From Mesorhizobium sp. (GTDB lineage Bacteria; Pseudomonadota; Alphaproteobacteria; Rhizobiales; Rhizobiaceae), in assembly GCA_040510195.1 (NCBI GenBank), contig JBEVJK010000053.1, positions 1,289-65,288 of the forward strand: DNA of 64,000 nucleotides, read 5' to 3'. Of this stretch, positions 1-8,896 are shown in pieces. A program made the position numbers and the translations under genes. A model generated the notes under the pieces. It was not told the origin of the DNA and did not search any database. It saw only the letters and a program-made list of their open reading frames with translations. The first letter of the stretch is position 1; every line of letters begins with the position of its first letter.

Positions 1-2549
1 TCGCCGAGGACCAGCGCGGCCAGCGGCGACAGTTCGAGCGTGTCGAGCCCCAGGCGGCCGGTGAGGTCCGGCACGCCGTCCTTCAGGGCAAGCTCGAGGT
101 CGCCGCCGACCGCACCTTCCTCCACCGTGCCCTTGAGGCCGGCAAGCGAGAGCACGCCGTCGCGGTAGTCGAGATCGGCGGCCAGCGCCAGCGGCAGGCC
201 GAAGCCCATGCCCGGCAGGCCGATGCCGGTCGCCATCAGCCAGGGCTCGATGTCGGCCGCCTCGATGCTCACCGGTCCGGCGGCGGTCAGGCGGTCGCCC
301 CAGGCCGTCGCGCGGCCGTTCCAGCGGGCCACGAAGTCGCCGGCCTCCAAGGTCAGGCCGGCGTCGAGCCCGCCGGCGAGCGTTCCCTTGGCCTCGAATG
401 TCGCCTGGCCCGCCGGCAGCTGGCCGAGCGGCAGCACCGGCAGACCGTAGAGGCCGAGCAGCATCTCAGCGTCCGGGTTCTTCGCGCTGAGCGAAACTTC
501 GATGGGGGCCTCGCCCAAGGAATTGCGCGCCCCTGTGCCCGAGACGGAGAGCGTCACGTCGCTGCCGCCCGTCTTGCCCTTGGCGGTGATGCGGAGCGCG
601 CCCTTGCCATCGCCGGCAGGCTCGGCGCTTCCAACCAAGTCGAGCGCAGTGTCGGCGAACAGGCCCGGGTGGGCAGCGGCGCGCGCCGCGACCTCCCTGA
701 TGAGCGGATTGTCCGGAAAGCGCTCGGCCAGGACGCGCATCAGCTGCGCCAGGTCGACGGCGATCACCGATGCATCGATCCGGCCGGACGGCGCCGCCGG
801 GAAGCCGCTCAGCGTGCCGGTGGCGCTGACCGTGGCGCCCTCCACGCCGCCGACAGACAGCCGGTCGATCTCCAGTGTGCCTTCGCGCAGCCTGAGCGCC
901 GTGTCGACCGTCTCGGCGGTCAGGCCGGCGGCGGAGACGGGGCCGGCCTTGACGTCGAGGTCGAGATCGTGGTCGGCCAGCCGGTTGACGCCCGCATCGC
1001 TGACGAAGAGCGAAGCGAAGGCGCGGGCACCCTCGACATCGAGGGCGCCACCGGCAAGCTTGACCAGCATCGACGGCTTGGCGTCCGGCGGTTGCCGGCG
1101 ATCGATCTCGCCCTGGAACTTGGCGCTGCCCAGGATCAGCTCGAGCGCGCTGAAGCGCTGCCGCTCCGGCGTCAGGGCGACTTGGGCCTTGAAGCCGGCA
1201 CCCGGCAGCCGCCTCACCGCCTCGTCGACGTCGCTCGAAAGCCAAGCCGCGAAGCCGGAAGGCTGGGCCACGGCAAGCAAAAGGTCGCCGTCGAAGGCCA
1301 GGCCGCCCGTCGTCCTCAGCTGGCCCGACCCCTCGAGCGTGGTGCGGCCCGGCAAGGTGGCCGCAAACGTCTTCACCGCCCAGCCGTCGACCGCCGTGTC
1401 GGCCGAGACGCGGACATCCCGGATGGTCGTGTCGCCAGCCACGACCGCCGGCAGGGCGACCTCGACGCTGCCGGGAATCGAGGGGCGCGGCAGCGCCGCC
1501 AGGGCGGCCTCGACCGCCGCGAGGCGGCCGGCGAGCGCCAGGCCGGCGCCCTGGCCGACGGCCTTGGCATCGTCGATGCGGACCTGTGCGCCCTTGGCCT
1601 CGATCTCGAAGCGCGGCTCGCCGCCGAGATCGACCAGGGCGCTGCCGTCCGCCGTGTAGGGGTCGGTGACGGGACCCGTCTCGAAGCGGAACTCCTCGAC
1701 CGTCAGGCGCTCATGGTCGAGCGCGAAGCGGCCGTTCAGCCGGTAAGGGCGCGGGCCCTCGGGCGCCGCCGCCTTGGGCGTTGCGCCGTCGGCCGCCTCG
1801 GCGTCCTCGGCGGCAGCGAGGTTCTGCGGCTTGCCCAGTCCCAGGTTGAAGCCGCCGGCAAAGCGCAGCGCGCCGCGCTCAAGCCTGGTCTCGCCATCAG
1901 CTTCCAGCACCAAGGCCTTGGCCGAAGGCTCGGCGCGGATACGAAGCCGCATGGCGCCGTTCTCGTCGACCTTGCCGGTCGAGATGCCGAGCACGGTCGG
2001 CGTGCCGTCGACCGTGGCGGTGCCGTCGGCGCGCCAGGGTCCGGTGAGGGCGCGGGCGGAAATCTCGGCCTCGATCGCCTCGACCTTGTGAATGCGTCCC
2101 GCGGAGGCATGGATCAGCGTCACCTCGCCTTCGGTCACGGTGAGCCTTTCGAGCGCGATCTGCCCCGGATCGAAGGGCGTCGATGGGCGGATCGCCCAGT
2201 CGACCGTGCCGTCGGCACCCATATCGATGGTGACGCGCGGCCGATCCAGGCGCATGTCGAAGATCAGCACCTCGCCGCGCATGAACGGCGCGAGCTCGGC
2301 ATCCATGGAGAAGGTCTCCACGGTCATCGCCGGCTCGTCCGGGTGGTTGCCGGCGACGACCACCTTGGAGAAGCTCAGCGAAGGGAACGGCAAGATGCGG
2401 GCCGTGACGTCGCCCTCGACGGTCACCCGACGGCCAAGCACGGCGGTCGCCTCACGTTCGAAATCGGCCCTGTAGGACGTCCAGTCGACGAAATGCGGCC
2501 CGACCAGCGCCGCCGTCAGCGCCAGCACGAAAAGCCCACCTATGATCAC
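1..2549 (-). CDS. AsmA-family (outer-membrane assembly-like) protein, N-terminal ~849 codons; 3' end runs off the left edge
   Basis: Absent from the ORF track because no stop lies in the window. Manual minus-strand translation from GTG (2549-2547) gives VIIGGLFVLALTAALVGPHFVDWTSYRADFEREATAVLGRRVTVEGDV..., a TM helix followed by an AsmA-like opening. The same frame is still open near position 110 (..VGGDLELALKDGVPDLTGRLGLDTLELSPLAALVLG). No listed minus ORF uses this frame. Family call is from memory. Confidence 0.55.
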   Translation of the reverse strand, partial: MIIGGLFVLALTAALVGPHFVDWTSYRADFEREATAVLGRRVTVEGDVTARILPFPSLSFSKVVVAGNHPDEPAMTVETFSMDAELAPFMRGEVLIFDMRLDRPRVTIDMGADGTVDWAIRPSTPFDPGQIALERLTVTEGEVTLIHASAGRIHKVEAIEAEISARALTGPWRADGTATVDGTPTVLGISTGKVDENGAMRLRIRAEPSAKALVLEADGETRLERGALRFAGGFNLGLGKPQNLAAAEDAEAADGATPKAAAPEGPRPYRLNGRFALDHERLTVEEFRFETGPVTDPYTADGSALVDLGGEPRFEIEAKGAQVRIDDAKAVGQGAGLALAGRLAAVEAALAALPRPSIPGSVEVALPAVVAGDTTIRDVRVSADTAVDGWAVKTFAATLPGRTTLEGSGQLRTTGGLAFDGDLLLAVAQPSGFAAWLSSDVDEAVRRLPGAGFKAQVALTPERQRFSALELILGSAKFQGEIDRRQPPDAKPSMLVKLAGGALDVEGARAFASLFVSDAGVNRLADHDLDLDVKAGPVSAAGLTAETVDTALRLREGTLEIDRLSVGGVEGATVSATGTLSGFPAAPSGRIDASVIAVDLAQLMRVLAERFPDNPLIREVAARAAAHPGLFADTALDLVGSAEPAGDGKGALRITAKGKTGGSDVTLSVSGTGARNSLGEAPIEVSLSAKNPDAEMLLGLYGLPVLPLGQLPAGQATFEAKGTLAGGLDAGLTLEAGDFVARWNGRATAWGDRLTAAGPVSIEAADIEPWLMATGIGLPGMGFGLPLALAADLDYRDGVLSLAGLKGTVEEGAVGGDLELALKDGVPDLTGRLGLDTLELSPLAALVLG

Positions 2550-2649
2550 GAACAGTCGCGCCAGCGACTCATCTCCACAAAGCGTTGAAGAGTCTGCTCA
2601 ATGTAGCCTTATCCGCGTGTCGATAAAGTGGCAAATACAGGTGGGCGGT

Positions 2650-4068
2650 CTAACTCTTCCGGGCGCTCAGGACCTTCCCCGGATTGAGGATATCGTCGGG
2701 ATCGAGGGCGCGCTTGATCGCCCGCATGACGTCGGTGGCGACGCCGAGTTCGCGGTCGAGGAACGCCACCTTGCCCTGGCCGATGCCATGCTCGCCCGTG
2801 CAGGTCCCCTCCATCCCGATGGCGCGCAGGTTGAGACGCCCGACGAACGCCTCGGCCCGCGCGATCTCGGCCGGATCGTCGGCGTCCATCAGCACCAGGA
2901 CGTGGAAGTTGCCGTCGCCGACATGGCCGACGATCGGCGCTACCAGCCCCATCTCGACGATGTCGGCTTCCGTCTGGGCAATGCACTCGGCCAGCCGCGA
3001 GACAGGCACGCAGACGTCGGTGGACAGCCCCTTGGCACCCGGCCGCAGCGCCATCGAGGCCCAATAGGCGTCGTGGCGGGCCTTCCAGAGCCTGGTCCGC
3101 TCCTCGGCGACGCTGGTCCACATGAAGGGGCCGCCGCCAAACTCGCCGGCGATCTCGCCGAAGCTCTCGGCCTGCTCGGCGACCCCGCCATCGCTGCCGT
3201 GAAACTCGACGAACAGGCAAGGTCCTTCCGGATAGTCGAGATGGGAATAAGCGATCATGGCGCGCATCTGCAGCGCGTTGACGAGCTCGATGCGGGCCAC
3301 GGGAATGCCCATCTGGATCGTGGCGATCACCGCGTTGCAGGCGGCTTCGACGCTCGGAAACGGACAGACGCCGCCGGAGATGGCCTGCGGGATTCCGTAC
3401 AGCTTCAAGGTGAGCGACGTGATGATGCCGAGCGTGCCCTCCGACCCCACCAGGAGCCGCGTCAGGTCGTAGCCGGCGGATGACTTCCTGGCCCGCTGGC
3501 CGGTGCGGATCAGGCGGCCGTCGGCCATCACCGCCGTCAGCGACAGGACGTTGTCGCGCATGGTCCCGTAGCGCACGGCATTGGTGCCGGAGGCCCGCGT
3601 CGCCGCCATGCCGCCGAGGCTCGCATTGGCGCCGGGGTCGATCGGGAAGAACAGGCCGGTGGCCCGGAGCTCGCGATTGAGCTCCTCGCGGGTCACGCCG
3701 GGCTCCACGGTGCAGTCGAGATCCTCCGTGTTGACGGCCAGCAGGCGGTTCATCCGCATCATGTCTATACATATTCCGCCGCCCGGCGCGTTCACGTGGC
3801 CTTCGAGCGAGGAGCCGGCACCGAACGGGATGAGCGGCACGCGGAATTCGGCGGCGACGCGGACGACGTCCTGCACCTCCTCGGCGGATTGCGGGAACAC
3901 GACGGCGTCGGGCGGCTGGGTCGGAATGTAGGTGGTGGTATGGGCATGCTGCGCGCGGATGGCGGCGCCGACTTCCAGCCGCTCGCCGAAACGCTGCTTC
4001 AGGACGCCGAGCGCGAGCCTGATGCCCTCCTCGTTGCGGGGAACCACTTTCAGGTCGCTCAGAGCCAT
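2650..4068 (-). CDS. FAD-binding oxidoreductase (D-lactate dehydrogenase / GlcD-like, FAD_binding_4 type)
   Basis: 472-aa ORF. Contains IPFGAGSSLEGH and GYDLTRLLVGSEGTLGIIT, typical of FAD-linked oxidases. Confidence 0.85.
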   Translation of the reverse strand: MALSDLKVVPRNEEGIRLALGVLKQRFGERLEVGAAIRAQHAHTTTYIPTQPPDAVVFPQSAEEVQDVVRVAAEFRVPLIPFGAGSSLEGHVNAPGGGICIDMMRMNRLLAVNTEDLDCTVEPGVTREELNRELRATGLFFPIDPGANASLGGMAATRASGTNAVRYGTMRDNVLSLTAVMADGRLIRTGQRARKSSAGYDLTRLLVGSEGTLGIITSLTLKLYGIPQAISGGVCPFPSVEAACNAVIATIQMGIPVARIELVNALQMRAMIAYSHLDYPEGPCLFVEFHGSDGGVAEQAESFGEIAGEFGGGPFMWTSVAEERTRLWKARHDAYWASMALRPGAKGLSTDVCVPVSRLAECIAQTEADIVEMGLVAPIVGHVGDGNFHVLVLMDADDPAEIARAEAFVGRLNLRAIGMEGTCTGEHGIGQGKVAFLDRELGVATDVMRAIKRALDPDDILNPGKVLSARKS

Positions 4069-4183
4069 GCTTTCCTCCGCGGATGGACCAGCGGCGGTCC
4101 TTGAGATCGCCTAAGGCTGGCGTAATCTGCCGTTCCGCGCGCTTTGTCCAGAGTGCCGAACGGCCCCGCACAAGGATGATCGA

Positions 4184-4669
4184 ATGAGCTCGAAGCCGCC
4201 CTTAACGTCGCGTGTGATGGGAATCGAGCCGGACTGGATCGACTACAACGGCCATCTCAACATGGCCTTCTACAATGTGCTGTTCGACCGGGCGGCGGAT
4301 GAGGCCTTCGAGCTGATGGGGCTGGGGCCCGACTATGCCCGGGAGCGCAAGCTCACCATCTACACCGCCGAGCTGCATGTCTGCTACGTGCAGGAGCTCC
4401 ACCTCGCCGACCGCGTGGCCGTGACGTTCCAGCTCCTGGACCATGACGAGAAGCGCATCAGGGCCTATCAGGAGATCCGCCACGTCGACGGCTGGCTGGC
4501 CGCCACGGCGGAATCGCTGTCGCTGCATGTCGACATGACTGGCCCCAAGGTGGCGCCCTTCCCGGCCGACGTCCAGGCGCTGGTCGAGAACCTCGCTGCG
4601 GCGCATGCCGAACTGCCGATGCCGGAGCGGGCCGGCCGCTCGATCGGCATCCGCCGCAAGAGCGGCTGA
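4184..4669 (+). CDS. 4HBT/hotdog-fold acyl-CoA thioesterase family protein
   Basis: 161-aa ORF. The opening (DWIDYNGHLNMAFYNVLFD) and the length fit thioesterase superfamily proteins. Confidence 0.75.
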   Translation: MSSKPPLTSRVMGIEPDWIDYNGHLNMAFYNVLFDRAADEAFELMGLGPDYARERKLTIYTAELHVCYVQELHLADRVAVTFQLLDHDEKRIRAYQEIRHVDGWLAATAESLSLHVDMTGPKVAPFPADVQALVENLAAAHAELPMPERAGRSIGIRRKSG

Positions 4670-4670
4670 A

Positions 4671-4686
4671 TTAACCACCCGTTAAC
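4671..4686 (+). promoter_or_regulatory. CtrA-type box TTAACCACCCGTTAAC (TTAA-N7-TTAAC)
   Basis: Exact match to the alphaproteobacterial CtrA consensus. It sits 126 bp upstream of the 4812 start. It is also part of the left arm of a 9-bp inverted repeat (4677-4685 / 4712-4720), so a terminator reading is equally possible. Confidence 0.4.
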
Positions 4687-4811
4687 CTTAAGGACATGCG
4701 TTAGTGCATCATTAACGGGTCTTTTCGCCCCGCCCCTCAACGCGGCGACAAATTCCTCCACACTCGTTCCATGCCGAATCAGGGGAGCGCTTCACCGCAA
4801 GCTGCCGCGCC

Positions 4812-5018
4812 GTGAAAATGAAGATCGATATCAATGAGTTATCGGAAAGACTTGCAGCCGATCCGAACCTGACGGACTACGATTTCTGGCGGACGCTGAA
4901 GAACCTCAACAACGAGATCCTGGACATTGCCAACAACAACGACCCGATCCCGATGGAGCTGATCCGATGGCGCGCCGTGCTCAACCGGGCGCGCACCAAG
5001 CGCCAGGGCAGCGGCTGA
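4812..5018 (+). CDS. hypothetical small protein (68 aa), no family recognised
   Basis: GTG start with an ATG at codon 3. Third codon positions are strongly G/C although overall GC is lower than in neighbours, which supports real coding. Sequence is helical and Asn/Asp-rich (NNEILDIANNNDPIP). Confidence 0.6.
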   Translation: MKMKIDINELSERLAADPNLTDYDFWRTLKNLNNEILDIANNNDPIPMELIRWRAVLNRARTKRQGSG

Positions 5019-5022
5019 CCGC

Positions 5023-5502
5023 TCAGGCTTCCGCGAGGTTCGCCGGCATCGGAAGCCGGCCCGGGACCGGAGAGGACTGGATCAGCGCCGTGTGGGTGAT
5101 CGCATAGGGAATGATGCGGTCGATGACGCGCTCCAGGTCGGCGACCGACGCGACTTGGACCCGGGCGATGAAGCAGTCCTCGCCGGTCACCCGGTCGCAG
5201 GAGGCAATCTCCGGGATCGCGCGGATGATGTCGGCCACGGCGGCGAGCTGGCCCGGCACCGGTCGGATGCGCAGCCAGGCCGCCATCGGCAGGCCGAAGG
5301 CGGCAGGATCGATGCGGACCGTGTAACCCACGATCGTGCCGGCCTCCTCGAGGCGTCGGATGCGCTCGGAGACGCTCGGCGCCGACATCTTCACATTGCG
5401 CGCGATCTCCGCCACGCTGATCCTCGCATCATCGACCAGAAGCCGCAGGATGCGCAGGTCGACCGCATCGAGCGCCCCATTTTCGTATCGCAGCCGTTTC
5501 AT
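5023..5502 (-). CDS. Lrp/AsnC family transcriptional regulator
   Basis: 159-aa ORF. N-terminal HTH (LDAVDLRILRLLVDDARISVAEIARNVKMSAPSVSERIRRLEE) plus a C-terminal RAM-like domain. Divergent from the EamA transporter gene. Confidence 0.9.
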   Translation of the reverse strand: MKRLRYENGALDAVDLRILRLLVDDARISVAEIARNVKMSAPSVSERIRRLEEAGTIVGYTVRIDPAAFGLPMAAWLRIRPVPGQLAAVADIIRAIPEIASCDRVTGEDCFIARVQVASVADLERVIDRIIPYAITHTALIQSSPVPGRLPMPANLAEA

Positions 5503-5591
5503 GGGTCATTGCCTTAAGAGCGCAGGAACATCGAGGCTCCTGTCTGCGATCCAATATAGAGACGACCGAGCCAGCCTGCAATGATGCGGGG

Positions 5592-6509
5592 ATGATCGAA
5601 GCGTCCCGCATCCGGCTCTCGCGTCCCCTGTCGGCGCAGCTGCCACCGCAAGCCTTCTTCGTCGTGAGCGCAGTGTTCCACTATCTGGGACCCGCCTTCG
5701 CGGTGCTCTTGTTCCCGCATGTCGGGGTGCTCGGCGTGGCCTGGCTGCGGATCGCCTCGGCCGCCGCCATCTTCGCCCCGTGGACGCGCCCGTGGCGGAC
5801 GCTGGCTGCCGCCGACCGGCGTCAGCGGCTTTTGCTGCTGGCTTTCGGGGCCTGCCTGGCAGCGATGAACTGCTGCTTCTACCTGGCGCTGGCGCGGCTG
5901 CCCATCTCGCTCGTCGCGGCGATCGAGTTCGTCGGCACGATCGGCGTTGCGCTTTATGGCCTGCGCAGCCCGCGCAACCTGACCGCGCTGGGGGCGGCGG
6001 TGGCGGGCACGCTGATCCTGATCGACGTCGAATGGGCGGCGAACCCTGCCGGGCTGGCGTTTGCGATGGCCAATGGCGGGCTGTTCGTCGGCTATGTCGT
6101 GCTCGGGCATCGGCTGGCCGCCAGCGGCGCGGCCGACGGCATCGCGCGGCTCGGCGCCGCCATGGCCATCGCCTTCGTGCTCGTGCTTCCAGTAGGGATC
6201 GGCGAGGCGCTGACCGCGTTCGGCTCGCCGCTGCTGCTCGGCGCGGCGGTCGGCGTCGGCATCTGCTCCTCGGTCATCCCCTATGTCTGCGACCAGCTGG
6301 CGATGGCGAGGCTGTCGCGGGCGAGCTTCGCGCTGATGCTCTGCCTCTTGCCCGTCACCGCGACGCTGATCGGCGCGCTCGTGCTGGCGCAGATCCCGAG
6401 CCCGACCGACCTTGCCGGGATCGCGCTGGTGGTGGCCGGCGTGGCGCTGCACCGGCCGCCGGCCGACGCATCGTCCGGGACTCCGCAGCTTAGCCGAGCT
6501 TGTCCTTGA
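5592..6509 (+). CDS. EamA/DMT-superfamily transporter
   Basis: 305-aa ORF with about 10 hydrophobic helices and duplicated EamA-like halves. Confidence 0.85.
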   Translation: MIEASRIRLSRPLSAQLPPQAFFVVSAVFHYLGPAFAVLLFPHVGVLGVAWLRIASAAAIFAPWTRPWRTLAAADRRQRLLLLAFGACLAAMNCCFYLALARLPISLVAAIEFVGTIGVALYGLRSPRNLTALGAAVAGTLILIDVEWAANPAGLAFAMANGGLFVGYVVLGHRLAASGAADGIARLGAAMAIAFVLVLPVGIGEALTAFGSPLLLGAAVGVGICSSVIPYVCDQLAMARLSRASFALMLCLLPVTATLIGALVLAQIPSPTDLAGIALVVAGVALHRPPADASSGTPQLSRACP

Positions 6510-7365
6510 GGAAGGTGACGGTGCGGCTCCACGCCAGGTCGGCGGCGTCCTTGTCGTAGCGGGCCGCCGAGGTGTCGTTGTTGAAGGCGTGCTGGGCGCC
6601 CTCGTAGACGAACAGCTGATAGTCCTTGCCGCCCTTCTCCAGCGCAGCCTTATAGGCGTCGATCCCTGCGTTGATGCGCTCGTCCTGGCCGGCATAGTGG
6701 AGCAGCAGAGCGGCGCGGATCTTCGGCACGTCCTCCGTCTTGGGCTGGCGGCCGTAATAGGCCACCGCCGCCGACAGGTCCGGCGAGGCGACCGCCAGCG
6801 CGTTGACCGTGCCGCCGCCCCAGCAGAAACCGATGGCGCCGACCTTGCCGGTCGACAGCTCGTGGTCCTTGAGAAAGGCGATGGTGGCGACCCCGTCCTC
6901 CACCGGCTTCTCCGCACCGAGCTCGGTGAACATCTCGCGTGCCTTGTCCTCGTCGGCGGGCGTGCCGCCGAGCGGCGACAGGAAATCGGGGGCCAGCACG
7001 ACGAAGCCCTCGAGCGCCACGCGGCGGGCGACGTCGCGGATGTGGGCGATGAGCCCGCGGTTCTCGTGGACAACGATGACGGCCGGCAGCTTGCCGCTCT
7101 GGTTGGCGGGATGGACCAGATAGCCCGTCATCTCGCCGCCGTCGGCCGGCCATTTGAGCTCCTCGGCCTCAAGGCGCTGGTCGTCCTCGGGCACGATGGC
7201 GGCGCTCGCAGCATTGGCGGCCAGCAAGGGGGCGATCGCCGCCGCCGCGGCACCCGACCCGGCGAGCCTGGTCAGCTTGTCCATGAAACCGCGGCGATCG
7301 AGCGTCAGATGGGTGTATTCGTCATAGGCGTCGATCATCGCCTGGGTGATGGTCGGTCCGTGCAT
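6490..7365 (-). CDS. dienelactone hydrolase family protein, Tat-signal
   Basis: Contains the GFCWGGG nucleophile motif and a twin-arginine signal (LDRRGFMDKL..AAAAAIAPLLAANAASA). Start trimmed from 7428 to ATG 7365, which has GGGAG 7 nt upstream. Confidence 0.85.
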   Translation of the reverse strand: MHGPTITQAMIDAYDEYTHLTLDRRGFMDKLTRLAGSGAAAAAIAPLLAANAASAAIVPEDDQRLEAEELKWPADGGEMTGYLVHPANQSGKLPAVIVVHENRGLIAHIRDVARRVALEGFVVLAPDFLSPLGGTPADEDKAREMFTELGAEKPVEDGVATIAFLKDHELSTGKVGAIGFCWGGGTVNALAVASPDLSAAVAYYGRQPKTEDVPKIRAALLLHYAGQDERINAGIDAYKAALEKGGKDYQLFVYEGAQHAFNNDTSAARYDKDAADLAWSRTVTFLKDKLG

Positions 7366-7492
7366 GTCTCGGCTCCCGTCGTTCGTGATCCAAACAGCCA
7401 AGATAGGCAGCGCTGCCACCCGGTCCACTCAACGTTTGTTGAGTGCCTCTCTTCCCCGGCGGGAAAGGTGCTCTGCGAAAACTCTTTTCGTT

Positions 7493-7520
7493 TTGACAGA
7501 GCCGAATTCTCATCTATGTT
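7493..7520 (+). promoter_or_regulatory. sigma70-like promoter candidate TTGACA-N16-TATGTT for the L,D-transpeptidase gene
   Basis: TTGACA at 7493-7498 and TATGTT at 7515-7520, about 35 bp upstream of the 7554 start. Sequence match only. Confidence 0.35.
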
Positions 7521-7553
7521 TCGGCAGCTTTTCGGCCCGAGGGGACATAGCCG

Positions 7554-8258
7554 ATGGTTCTTAGTCGTAGAGAGATTCTGCTTGGCGGGCTCGCCGCGCT
7601 GGCGGTTGCCGGGACCGGCGGCGGAGCGGACGCTGCTTCGCAGATGTCGAAGAAGGTCAAGTCGCCGGCCAGCTCCTGGTTTGCCGGCACTGCGGTCGAC
7701 AACGGCGTCACCTATCGCAAGACGAATTTCGCCAAGGTCAACAAGAAGTGGCAGCGGCAGATCGTCAAGTATTACAGCACCGAGCCGGTCGGCACGGTGG
7801 TCGTCGATACACAGCACCATTTCCTTTACATCATTCTCGAGAACAAGACGGCGATCCGCTACGGCGTGGGCGTCGGCAAGGAAGGGTTCAAGTGGTATGG
7901 CCACGCGACGATCGACCGTCGCGCCTTGTGGCCGCGCTGGGTGCCGCCTCCGGAGATGCTGAAGCGGAGACCGGAGCTGCCGCCATTCATCGCGGGCGGA
8001 GCGCCGGACAATCCGCTCGGCCCGCGCGCGCTCTACCTGTATCGCAACGGCGGCGACCTCGGCTATCGGCTGCACGGCACACTCGAGCCGTGGAGCATCG
8101 GCACCGACGCGTCGAGCGGTTGCATCCGCATGTTCCCCGAGGACATCATCGATCTCTACCAGCGCGCCCCGATCGGTACCTATGTGCAGGTGCTGCCGCA
8201 CATCGCCGATCAGGCCGACAAGGCCAACCAGCTTCCCGACGACATAACGATGCAATGA
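7554..8258 (+). CDS. L,D-transpeptidase (YkuD domain), Tat signal
   Basis: Signal RREILLGGLAALAVAGTGGGADA. Catalytic motif HGTLEPWSIGTDASSGCIRM. Confidence 0.9.
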   Translation: MVLSRREILLGGLAALAVAGTGGGADAASQMSKKVKSPASSWFAGTAVDNGVTYRKTNFAKVNKKWQRQIVKYYSTEPVGTVVVDTQHHFLYIILENKTAIRYGVGVGKEGFKWYGHATIDRRALWPRWVPPPEMLKRRPELPPFIAGGAPDNPLGPRALYLYRNGGDLGYRLHGTLEPWSIGTDASSGCIRMFPEDIIDLYQRAPIGTYVQVLPHIADQADKANQLPDDITMQ

Positions 8259-8275
8259 GTTCGGGAGGATCGACG

Positions 8276-8791
8276 ATGAGCGCCGGCATTTCCCTGGCGC
8301 GGCCCCTGCGGGCGGCCGCGCTTCTCCTGCTCCTTTCCGGCTGCACGCAGACGGCGATGGAGACCGCGAGCCCCGACGTGACCAACGCGCCGGCGGCCGG
8401 CTTCCAGAACCTGCAGCCGGGCAGCGAGGAGGATTTCATCCTCAATGTGGGCCGCCGCACCTATTTTACGTCCGGGTCGGCGGAGCTCGACACGGTCGCC
8501 AAGACCACCCTTGACGGGCAGGCGGCCTGGCTGAGGAAGTACCCGAAGTGGCTGGTCAAGCTGCAGGGGTTCGCCGACGATCCGGGCGGCGACCCGCAGC
8601 AGGTGGCGCTGTCGCAGAAGCGGGCCGATGCGGTGATGACCTATCTGGTGGCCAACGGCGTCGACGCGAACCGCATGTGGGCCAAGGGCTATGGCAAGGA
8701 TCGCCAGGTGCGGACCTGCACGGAGAACGCCTGCAAGGTGCAGAACCGCAGGGTGGTCTCCAACCTGCGCGACGAGCGCGACGAGCCATAG
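8276..8791 (+). CDS. OmpA-family (Pal-like) peptidoglycan-binding lipoprotein
   Basis: Lipobox LLLSGC. OmpA_C-like region (FTSGSAELD...LQGFADD...LSQKRADAV..YL). Start set at ATG 8276, with GGGAGGA 6 nt upstream; the track ORF 7748.. is an in-frame read-through. Confidence 0.85.
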   Translation: MSAGISLARPLRAAALLLLLSGCTQTAMETASPDVTNAPAAGFQNLQPGSEEDFILNVGRRTYFTSGSAELDTVAKTTLDGQAAWLRKYPKWLVKLQGFADDPGGDPQQVALSQKRADAVMTYLVANGVDANRMWAKGYGKDRQVRTCTENACKVQNRRVVSNLRDERDEP

Positions 8792-8800
8792 GACGAGGCA

Positions 8801-8830
8801 GCGGGGCCGGCGGCGTGCCGCAGGCCCCGC
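8801..8830 (+). terminator. GC-rich hairpin after the OmpA-like gene (GCGGGGCC...GGCCCCGC)
   Basis: 8-bp outer stem plus inner GCGGC/GCCGC pairing, 10 nt after the stop. There is no T-tract, so terminator function is uncertain. Confidence 0.35.
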
Positions 8831-8896
8831 GATTGGCCGGTACAAAAGAGCAACTTTGCTGGCCTTTCGCGTCCGAATCACTACATTCGGGGTCTG

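Noticed and set aside
669-2588. 639-aa plus-strand ORF (plus 502..1659 and others) covering the left end
   Set aside because: It is antisense to the AsmA-like gene. The translation is dominated by R/G/A/D/L with no recognisable domain, typical of a mirror-frame ORF in high-GC DNA. The minus-strand frame gives a coherent TM helix plus AsmA-like sequence.
5514-7073. 519-aa minus-strand ORF spanning the EamA and dienelactone-hydrolase loci
   Set aside because: It runs antisense to the EamA gene and out of frame through the DLH gene. The translation is Arg/Pro/Ser/Ala-rich with no domain.
8840-8854. Possible alphaproteobacterial LexA box (GTAC-N7-CAAC) upstream of uvrD
   Set aside because: It has two mismatches in the eight defining bases relative to GAAC-N7-GAAC / GTTC-N7-GTTC, and no second supporting site. 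I also found no convincing box upstream of recN.
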